From positions 124,001 to 188,000 of the forward strand of contig NMRA01000272.1 of NCBI GenBank assembly GCA_002633005.1: a stretch of DNA of 64,000 nt. Direction: 5' to 3'. This DNA comes from Phoronis australis. Lineage: Eukaryota > Animalia > Phoronida. Below are positions 11,541 to 21,616 of the stretch, piece after piece; position 1 is the first letter of the stretch; every line of letters starts with the position of its first letter. Both the position numbers and the translations under genes were made by a program. The notes below the pieces were generated by a model. The model did no database searches. It was not told the origin of the DNA and saw only the letters and a program-made list of their open reading frames with translations.

Positions 11541-14429
11541 ATGAAGAACAAGCCGGTGAAACAGATGGAAACACGGTTGAAGAAAAATATAGTCTTGCCG
11601 GAACTACATGCAAATGGTAATACCTCGATGTGCTCACTCGACGGGCAGAGTAAAGTGCATCAAGTGTATCGAAGAGACATGAGAGGGCAGTTTAAGCACG
11701 TGCAAACTCACATTAAGTCTATGGCTAATGAAAATAACGAAATGGAGAAGAAAATAGAAATTCTTGAAAACCGTTTACAGACAGAAGTTGAGAAAGTGGT
11801 AAACCTGGAGACGCAACTTCGAGAACATGAAAACGCCTACGCGCAACAACATTCAGACGCAATGAAACAAATGAGTATGAAATATGACAGTACAGTGAGC
11901 GAAAACAACCAACTGAAATCGTTGAATTTATATTTAGAAAGCCGTCTTCAAGAACAAGAAAATTCATCACAAGAATATCAAGAGAAAGTCAATGAACTGG
12001 CCAAGGAGATCGAATTTGAAAGAAAAAAGACATTGTCTGGTCAATCTAAAATATTGAAAATCAATAGCAGATTGAGAAAATCGCAGATGGAAAATACGCG
12101 TTTGGATACGGAAATAAAACATTTAAAAGGAGAACTAGAGAGTACAAAATTACTAACAGTCGAAAGGGCCTATTTTGTTGAAAGTGCTAGAGAAACCGAG
12201 AGCTCTTTATTGAATGACATGGGGAAGCTTAAGCGTGATAGCGACCAATTGCAAAGCGAAATTGACAATTTGAAAAAAGAAAATGTTGTGCTTACTGCCA
12301 ATTCTGAAATATTATTGAGTCAGATCGAGAGATGGAAGTCTATGTATCACCAGGAATGTAATACAAGCGTGCGTCTTTCGGACCAGAGCTCTGGACTCCA
12401 ACACCGTTTAGAAGAGCAACGCATTTCTGCACAACGTGAGAAAGAACGCGAAGAGGAGATTATAGATGACCTGAAGGAGCGAATTTCCAGAATGAACCAC
12501 GAGTTAAAGACGTGTGAAGGAAAACTGGATAGTGTGGTACAGGAAAACACTAAATTAGTTAAGGTTAACGACGATCTGAGTCGAAAGAATGACGCTTTTA
12601 TCAAAGAGCACCAGTGTTTATCTCAAGAAAAGGATGATTTGGAACAAAAGCTGAAGGAAGTAGAAAATAAGCAATACGCAGAGAGCAGCAATTCTTTAGA
12701 CGAGGAACTCTCGAATACCCAAAACACCAATCTCGTTGGATATGACATTAGTGAGGAAAACGAGGAACAGCTTGCAAATAATGAAAATTCGCAAATGTAC
12801 GAATCAAGGCAGGCCGATGAGTTACGCATTGAGAACGACAACTTGAAGGAAAATATCTATCGCTACACCGAAACAGTTGCCACGTTAGAGAAAGAGTTGC
12901 AATCGTCTCAAACGCAAACCGAGGAACTGTATCAGAGGATTGACGAACTAACGCAAAAATGTTTGCAGCTTGAAGAACGGCTGAAAGACAAAAGCGACGC
13001 ACCAACCAACGAAAGTGTATCGAAGCGAAAGGAAGGAACAAATCAGACCACAAAAAACATGTCAAGCAAATTAAAAGAAAAAAGCAAGCAACTACAGCGG
13101 GAACAAGAACAGAAGAAAAAGCTCTCGGAGGAAAACCAAAAACTAGGTGCTGATAATGCAAAAATAAGAGTCCAAATGAAGCTTAGTGAAGAACGACACT
13201 CTAAACTTCAAGTTGAACTTCAACGGTTGCGAGGGGATATACAAAAGGAACAAAACGACAAGAGTTTGGTTATTCGAGAAAACATCGATCTGAAAAGTCA
13301 GTCCATCGAGCAACAAAACAAAATTGTTGAATTGAAAAACGTTTTACACGACTCAGAAATAACGCTACGGAAAACTGAATGCTTAGTGCAGGAAAAGTCA
13401 TCGAGAATTGAGGAATTACAAACTCTTCTGTCAGCCCCGCGCGAGCCAGAACATGGTTCTCAAGACTTACTAGAGCTAAAAAAGGAGCTTAATTCTGCAT
13501 GTGAAAACGCGAAGAACGTAGAACGCAATAAAAAGAAATTGGAGACTGAAAACAGGCAGTTGCGGTCTAAATTGTCTAAGGCTCAAAATGATTTGAAGAG
13601 CTCCGAAGAACGATGTAGAGAACTCAAACAAAAATTTGACAACGCTTCACAATCCTTGCGCGTTCAGAAAGAGCGGGTTCATAAACTTATGTCAGAAACC
13701 AACAAACACAAACCTGAGAGTCACGTCGACAGCGAGGAGCCAGTGACCGGAAGTAAGAAGCGAGTGGGTCGAACGCGCGATGATGCTGCAACAATATCGA
13801 CTCTAAAGGAAACGATTAACGAGTTAGAAAACAATGTTAAGTCACTAAAAATGGAAAAGCAAAGCACCTCAAACACAATTCAAAGGTTGGAAAAAGAACT
13901 TGTGACGTCAAGGAGGAATAAAAGTCAAGCTTTGGAACAGGTGAAAGAATTGCAAAGCAAATGTGATAAGCTTGCAAAAGTTGCTAAAGAACGAGAAACA
14001 CAGTTACGCCAGCAGAGCAGTAGCAACGAACAGAGTAAGCAAAAACTAGAACAGCTAGAAACTCTTCAAAAAGAAGTTAGAGAAGAAATGGAACAACAAA
14101 GGAAGCAACACGAAGAAGAGACAGAGATACTGAAAAGTGAAGTAGAAGCAGCCGAAACTAAGGCATTGCAGTTCGCGGGGAAGTTTAAGCAAGCACAAGA
14201 AAAACTGAAGCAAATATCCGGACAAATAGAGAACGGAAAAGCTCTGTACAAAAAATCTAAAGAAACAATAGGCCAGCTTAACAATGAGAGAAATCAATTA
14301 ATGGGAACAATAAAACAATTGGAAAGCGTTGCTGAGAGTGAAAATGACGCAAATGCTCCAGTTCCACTTGCGAATAAGGTGAAACAGATTCTTGCTTTGC
14401 AATTGATTAAAAAAGACGCTGTCGGATGA
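11541..14429 (+). CDS. Long coiled-coil protein (962 aa), intronless CDS, family not recognised
   Basis: 2.9-kb ORF, E/K/Q/L-rich heptad-type sequence nearly throughout with very few Pro/Gly; acceptor at 11445-11446 upstream of the ATG; no globular domain recognised. Confidence 0.9.
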   Translation: MKNKPVKQMETRLKKNIVLPELHANGNTSMCSLDGQSKVHQVYRRDMRGQFKHVQTHIKSMANENNEMEKKIEILENRLQTEVEKVVNLETQLREHENAYAQQHSDAMKQMSMKYDSTVSENNQLKSLNLYLESRLQEQENSSQEYQEKVNELAKEIEFERKKTLSGQSKILKINSRLRKSQMENTRLDTEIKHLKGELESTKLLTVERAYFVESARETESSLLNDMGKLKRDSDQLQSEIDNLKKENVVLTANSEILLSQIERWKSMYHQECNTSVRLSDQSSGLQHRLEEQRISAQREKEREEEIIDDLKERISRMNHELKTCEGKLDSVVQENTKLVKVNDDLSRKNDAFIKEHQCLSQEKDDLEQKLKEVENKQYAESSNSLDEELSNTQNTNLVGYDISEENEEQLANNENSQMYESRQADELRIENDNLKENIYRYTETVATLEKELQSSQTQTEELYQRIDELTQKCLQLEERLKDKSDAPTNESVSKRKEGTNQTTKNMSSKLKEKSKQLQREQEQKKKLSEENQKLGADNAKIRVQMKLSEERHSKLQVELQRLRGDIQKEQNDKSLVIRENIDLKSQSIEQQNKIVELKNVLHDSEITLRKTECLVQEKSSRIEELQTLLSAPREPEHGSQDLLELKKELNSACENAKNVERNKKKLETENRQLRSKLSKAQNDLKSSEERCRELKQKFDNASQSLRVQKERVHKLMSETNKHKPESHVDSEEPVTGSKKRVGRTRDDAATISTLKETINELENNVKSLKMEKQSTSNTIQRLEKELVTSRRNKSQALEQVKELQSKCDKLAKVAKERETQLRQQSSSNEQSKQKLEQLETLQKEVREEMEQQRKQHEEETEILKSEVEAAETKALQFAGKFKQAQEKLKQISGQIENGKALYKKSKETIGQLNNERNQLMGTIKQLESVAESENDANAPVPLANKVKQILALQLIKKDAVG

Positions 14430-14432
14430 ACA

Positions 14433-14868
14433 ACTCTTAAATCACTTGACTTCGTACACTGAAAGATTTTGCTTCCCTAAATTTAAGGACCAAGATTGCG
14501 CAATTGCGTAATTTTATAACAGGTGTAATACAATGGCGTCTAATATTATTGAAATGCCTTTCTCTAAAACAGTGAAAACTATTCCTTTTTCAGAAAAATA
14601 TTGGTGCTCCAAATGCAAGAAGTCATCCCAAATTAAAGAATCTTTACCGTACCACTCTTAAATCCCTTGACTTCGTACACTGAAAGATTTTGCTTCGGAA
14701 ATTTAATGACCATAATTGCGTAATTGTGTAATTTTGTAACAGGTGTCATACATTGGCGTCTAATATTATTGAAATGCCTTTCTCTAAAACAGTGAAACTG
14801 TACCTTTTTTCAAGAAAATATCGGTGCTTCAAGTGCAAGAAGTCAGCTTAAATTAATAAATATTTACC
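14433..14868 (+). repeat. Two-copy tandem duplication (221-bp period) in the 3' UTR of the coiled-coil gene
   Basis: ACTCTTAAATC(A/C)CTTGACTTCGTACACTGAAAGATTTTGCTTC starts at both 14433 and 14654; similarity continues through both units. Confidence 0.92.
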
Positions 14869-16921
14869 CTAATTAGAGATTAGAGATTTTGATTTTATTC
14901 ATATTTGCAACACATTGTACGAAAGTAAGATCCTTGTGTTGTGGACACAAAAAACAACCACTTTAAAACGTTTATCGATGAACGATGGTATTGTTGCTCT
15001 GGAGACCGCATCGGCTAGTGGTAAAAGAAAAAAACAGAACCAGACGAAATCAATAGAGTCTAGAACATTTACCCAGGGCATGGCATAGCATAGAAAGTGT
15101 CATTCTAATTCAGCATCGACACCTTTTCCCTATATAATAAGCTAAGATCCCGCAAAAATGTCCCCATTTGTGAAATAATGGGGTTCTTATTTTCGTTCAA
15201 ATGTTTCAGAAATGGAGAATCGTGCAGTCGTCTCAGGTTTATGACATGGATTTCGTCAAAATCCCGAGACTTTCGCTGAAACCAAGGCCCAGGACTTTAG
15301 GCCTACTAGTTAAACAAGTTTAAAATGATCTGCCACTTTTCTATAGCACACACTGTTTTGTAACGCTTACGGCAAACTTATTACTCAGATGCTTCGCATA
15401 CAGGCCAATGAACTTATGTCTTATATAAGGCGTATTACACGATAAACAGTATTTCTGTGGAATGAAATTCTCCTAGCGTGCCTTTGTACAATAAAAACTC
15501 ACGATTACACATAAATCATGGCAAATGAATTGAAGCAACACAGGCAAGCTTAAACAAAATCATGTCAATAATTGTATGATAGGTCATTTGTCAATACGTT
15601 TCTTAGACATCATTTATTAATTAACTGGCATATTTTTCTATCTCACAACTGGATATTTGATAACTGGTTATTTCAGTAATCACTGATCCAGTGACTTTGT
15701 AGACGACCAGGTCTCTATATAAAACTAGATGGACATTTTAAACAGTAAATACTTTCATCATATTTGTCATTAAATATCTATTTTCTTACCATCAGTGCAG
15801 TTTGTTTTTTGTTGCAAATACTACTATACTTGATACAGAATGAACTCATCAATTTATTCTCTTTCTGAGCAGTTGCCTAAGCGCACGAACGATAGCGAAT
15901 ACTTGGAACGCAGCAAGAGAAAATATATACCATTATTTTTTAGTAAACTGCGATGATTATATGTTTGTATCAAGTATAATTATCATTTTAAGAGGCTGTC
16001 ATAGTAACTCATGCTGCTACGGTTTTTATTACGTAACAGATAATTAATGACGCCACTCTCTAAGAGCATGTTATGCCTGTCAGTTTAACTGATTTTAAAT
16101 AAAATGAAATATTTCTTCAATAACACACTGTTGCTCCACTTAGTTATATGGAAATGGTTTTTGCCAAGCGGTCAGTTTTCATTCAAATGTTGGAATCATT
16201 TGAATGCCTGAATTGACATGGTTTCCTGACCACAGGTTCACTTTTAATTACAATATGAAGTTGAAATAGTGTTTTTCTCACCAATTATCAGCAAAACGAC
16301 AGTTATACTACATATTCGCACCAAATGCGCATTTAGAAGTCCCTTGTCCAGACATGGCCTAAAAAAGATTGGTGTTTTTGCTGTTTTGAGTCCAGAGGTT
16401 CTCGATACAAGGAGTATATCTGACGTGTGGCTCAGATGAGTGATATTTTCACGACAATTTTCCGTCTGTCTTTTTAACATAGTTCCTTGTAAAAGGGTTC
16501 ATTTTGGGAGTTCGAAGCTCTACAAAAGGTCCTCTTTCCAGCTACAGACCTACAGAATTCCAACGAAAGGGTTTATGGAGTTAGCTTCAGTAAAACGGTG
16601 GTGCTTAAGAAACAAAAGCCATCGAAAGGGCAACTTTTTCATGGAAGCTCTCTGGAAACGGATCCCTGCCCCTTAACGAGTGGATATCCTAATGTCCCAC
16701 CTGCATCCCATCAAAAATGTAGCCGAGTTCTCCCTCGAAGTTTTTAGGGCTGCCACAAGAGTCGCCGCCACTCGTGATGTCACAGGACCACCAGTACACA
16801 TACTAATTCAAATTGCTTACCACTTAAAAATTTACTAACAAAGAATCGTCTCATCACTCCTATGTTAATTGCAGTAAATTACTAATATTATATTTTCATG
16901 TAAATGTATGGTTTCAATACA

Positions 16922-17750
16922 CAGGGTGTCCCAAAAATATATTCGCTCTTCAAACGACACTGGGTACGTTGTTTACAGACTGATTACTGATATGAAGCTG
17001 TTGTTTTCACCCTCATGAAATTGGAAACAAAATATTCCTTAACGTAATAGGATTGCATTTCCGTTGCCAGCAAGAACACTGACACCACCAGCGACTCAAG
17101 AAAACGTTTCAGATTTTATTGAGGTTGACCAACTCTAAATTGCGAATTTGAAAGTGGTGCACGTACGAATTGTCTGTGTTCTTCTAGGTAGCCTAACGGA
17201 AAAGGAATCCCATCCAAAAGGAATATTACGAGACCGATTTTATGAAAGTAAAAGGCCATATTCGACTTTGTTTGTTTAGGCAGCTTTAAATTCATCAAAT
17301 GAAATTAATCCTAAAACAAAATAGCCTCAATTGCATTGCTAGTTTCAAACTTGGGAAAATTTAGCTAGTTGTCTTTGCACTTCTTTAATGTTTTTGAATT
17401 TACGGTAGCATTCAGCGATAAATTTTCGAACGTCAAAACGGAGTCTCCTTGCCATTTTCGTTCGAATTCTATGACATAAGCCTCGCGACAGCTCACGGGC
17501 CTACTTTCACAGCAGGCCCAAGCACAGAGTCTGGTCCACAGGAATTGAATTTGATCGCCCGGTGTTATACTAAATTGTGAGTACTGCTGGGTTTCCAAAA
17601 AATGTACGATGAGCTCATTTTGGTTTATAGACTTAATTCCTTTTTGATCACTTTTAGGAATTTAAACCAGTAGGCTAGCCTAGTTCCAATGCCAATAATC
17701 AAAGCAATTATTGCCAGTTTAAGTTTTGAGTGCATTTTTGGAACACCCTG
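16922..17750. mobile_element. Tc1/mariner-type non-autonomous element (829 bp)
   Basis: 17-bp TIRs CAGGGTGTCCCAAAAAT / ATTTTTGGAACACCCTG (16/17); flanked on both sides by CA; no transposase ORF. Confidence 0.75.
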
Positions 17751-20450
17751 CAGTTTCTGAACAACATTTCAACCATTACTTTTTCTATTAGGCCAAAAAC
17801 ATAGCTGATTCTAGTCTGTACCCCAACCCATTTTGAGACCTGGGCGCTTACTGACTAAAAAGCACGCCCTAGCGCATCAAGTCACCCAGGATCTTTTATA
17901 TTGACAAACTGCACAAAAACAAACAACGTTTGATTTTTTCCACTTATCGTTGCGATTTAGATATCAAATTTATTAACTGGAGGCGATATCAGGATTTCCA
18001 AGGAACTGGTAGTTCGTTATTACATGTGACCAGGCTCTGCAAGTTGTCACGTGTGTCCTTTTATGTACCAAGTATAGCCTACGGAGTAACGAACTGGTAG
18101 TTCCGTGGAAACACAGAAATAGCTTCTCCTCTGAATAAGAAACAAGTTGTTACGTATTATATCTATAGGAGTAAGTGATGGGAGGGAGGCTAGGTTTATG
18201 GCTGCCCTTAAATCTTTCCAAGCACAACTCAATGCAATTTTTCTAAATCAAAGTTATTTCTCTGGTTAGACCAAACAAAAACACAACTCATTCTGCCCTC
18301 TTCCTCAGCTCATTTTGAGACCTGTGCTCACCGACTAAAAATAATAATAATAATAATAGGGAAAAAACACTCGTCTGCATCAATTTCAACCAAGTCTCGT
18401 ATTTTTGTTGAAAAGCTGCACAAAGGCGAGTAATTAGATTTGCCAAGCGTTGAGCAAAAAGAAAAACAAACAAAACAAACAAATACCGCATCATTTTGCT
18501 GGTCTAGGGTGGATTCTCTTTTTTGAAAAAGTGAGCAGCTAAAAAAAGTACCGCATCACTGACTCAATTTTCAAAAAATACACGGAGACTAATACCAACT
18601 ATTCTTTTTTGGTCTTGAACAAGTGGGTTTATGAAATGGACATACATGAAAGAGACGAACTAAGCCTCGCTTCCTTCACGATGACGGGAAATTATAATTT
18701 GACTTTCTAAATGTTGGGAGATCGCTCTCACATTTATCCAAGATCTTATTCACTCCTTTGCATGCAGTCAATACTCATTTGAGACCGAGCTCAGCAGTCG
18801 TCTGTGCAGCTTGTTTGCTAGCGTTGCCAGAATTTGAAACTTCAGTTGTTCTACACGGCCTCCTCTGAAAATTTGTTACCATCATAGCCATCAGTATCAG
18901 AAGTATTGGTGGACCTAAAGACTGGCAAAATTGTTGTCTTAGTTGATTTCATGGGTTATTGTAATGAACAAGTTGTTTGGAATGAATTAATTGGGATATT
19001 ATAACCACGTGTTTAATTAAATGACCAAGGCGAAAATGAATGTTGGGGGTATTCAATTCCATAATTTTGGCCTCGCTTCTTCAGTTTGCACTGGTAACTG
19101 TGTAAAACAAACACATTTTTATTATTTCTAGTGGATTTAATGGGAAATTCTGGGCTCAAATAGTGATCTTATAGAAATTACCAGTCGTGCTGAAGCGACC
19201 CCACTAGCTCACCGCAATAGCAGCCAAACGCTGTGTCGCGGCATACATCTCTAGGCTAGAAATCTATCATGATCGCGGCGATAAGCTCCACTGGAATCCC
19301 ACGCGTTACATTGCATTTACCGTATGTACACCCATGCCGATCATGATTTCAGCGAATGTCTCTCAGACATCGGTTTCGAATGGCGATTTGTAAGAAAATA
19401 CACAGTGAATTTTGTTGTTGTGTAGCTGTGGTCAAAGCTGTTAACTACAATAAGTCTATCCCCATCCAATCATAGTAATCCCAAAATGCGATTTCGGCAG
19501 TTAGACCGATGATGCTCTTTAAAACAAGTTAGTGTCAGTTTTGGAGGTATTTAAACGTGATATCAAAATTAGGGTTTCACAATTTTGAGGTTTTTCCGAA
19601 ACAACAATTATTAATGGTCTATTTCAGTTTGTTGATTGTTTGCACCGGTTAACCTGACCGAACGGGAATCATGCAGGGGTATTGAGCACCAAGTGTGGTT
19701 CCACTATAATTAAAAACGCCTCTCTCTACAAACTAGATATATAGCATTAGTGTTGTCACAATATACAATGCAATTTTCCATCTATTTTGTATTTCATACC
19801 CTGGCATAGAGTTGGAAGCTCTAAAGCATTTATCGACAAGCCTGACACTGGACAGTCGCGACGCCCTGTATCAAATGGGTCACTAGGAGTGCCGTAGATG
19901 TCGCTGCCCGCTTTGTGCCCGTCAGTCTCCGTCTGCATTATTCGTATTGTTCAAGAAACTATAATCTCAGTTGAGGTCGACTTGTTCGCCTGTGCGAGTG
20001 AAGGAGTAAAATGGCAATGGGCGAAGGATTTACGAGGCGGTGAGCTATTTGAGTTTTGTGTGCTGGCTTGGTCTGTTTGATTTCCGTAAATCTAGTTTAG
20101 ACACAGGTGTGGTTCATGCTGCATGAGATCAACATCTTGTTGAACAGTAACAGTGTCCGTGACCGTGGTTCGTATGCCTTCGGCTTCATGGTTCATGTTG
20201 GAACTACGTTACGGTCCGGTTGTACACCCAGATCGTTTGTGGGACGATTGGGCTTTGACGATTAACACAGTACTGTTGATACTCTGAGATTTGTGGCTTA
20301 CCCTCACTGCAGACTAACAGACACATGATGAACGGCACTTGAATAACGGTAGTCAGTTGTTCATCTGCCCACCACACGGTCAGGTCACCTGTCTTTGATC
20401 TAAAACTTTGTTGAAATGGTATGGGTGTAGTTTTAACCCTGGTGTGGTCT

Positions 20451-20862
20451 GGGGGAGTACTGGTGATCAAAGCCTACTTGTCTTACGTCTATGTACTATC
20501 TTACCCGATCTTGCACTTTTGCCAAGATTATTTCAGCGACAACTTAAGATATTGAAGGCCTTTGCAGGGGCAGTCCCATGATAAAACTGATGTGACATTA
20601 AAGTTAGTGAGTTTTTCTCGTCCAGATTCCTCATGAAAAGTTGTCTTTCCTGACTGGATTGCCTCTCATATGAAAGGCTGCCTTTTCCCAGTTTATTAAA
20701 TACAAAGGAGTCATTTTGGGATTTCACAAAGGGAGTGAGTTTTCCGAGACAAATCTATGAAGGAGTGACGCTTATCGTAGTACGCCCATTTTTATGTCTG
20801 CTCTCTAAAAGGGTGGATATTGTAATTTTCCAGCTGCGCATCCCCGTCAAAAATGAGTACTT
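20451..20862. mobile_element. Degenerate dispersed DNA element upstream of FRAS1; related fragments near 16620-16735, 28110-28180 and 58930-59020
   Basis: Ends GGGGAGTACT ... GAGTAC; internal AAAGGAGT repeats; TAATTTTCCAGCTGC..C.CC.GTCAAAA shared with about 28143-28175. Confidence 0.45.
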
Positions 20863-21552
20863 ACAGGTAAAAATATCATGTCAGTTGTGAATCCAAGATT
20901 TGAAATGAGTTGTCCAAATATTTTGTGAATAGCTGGTACTGTTATCCATGGCTCAGGTAAAGGGACTGTTTTTGTGGGTGGGTGCTTTGATTGGTCATTG
21001 AGTACCCACATGAACCTACGTGTGCATGTCCAATGGGTGAACAACGACAACAGCAACTTAAGTGCGCACCTTCCAATTTATTCAATGAAAACTTCCTAAA
21101 AAGTACTATTGTCTTTGTGAACGATTGCCTCACAACAATTTTAGCTCCCAATGTATGCCTTACTAGAGCAGAAAATAGCCACTTTTTCTGAAGGAGTTGT
21201 GAAATGGTTCTTTTGGCTGATGCGCATTTTAATATTATTGATCTTATGTGCAAAAAATCATGGTCAATCCATTTAGGTGAGTATTGTAGGCAGTGTTTAT
21301 AGTAACTTTGTGGAAAATAACTGGACCGTTTCGTTTTGATTGGTAAGAGAATTTGAATTTTATTTTATAGTGCTTTTGTTTTTCTCATTTTTGTCTTTTG
21401 TTTCAGTTTTCTCCCTAGTTCTTTTCTACTTGGCTTACGATTTTGCGAGAGTGTACTACAAAGTGTGTTTTATGGGAACTTACTTTGCTTCTTATATTCC
21501 AGGTGCACACAAAATGTTTGTAATGTGATTTCCTGAAAGAGACAATTCCACC

Positions 21553-21616
21553 ATGAGGTCATTATCCATATTCACTTTCTGCTTTCTTCTCAGTGTCAAT
21601 GCCAAGAAGAAGGAAG
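21553..21616 (+). CDS. FRAS1: FRAS1 coding exon 1 (signal peptide)
   Basis: CCACCATG context; MRSLSIFTFCFLLSVNAKKKE; donor G|GTAATT, phase 1; acceptor at 21501-21502 and upstream UTR donor at 21277. Confidence 0.85.
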
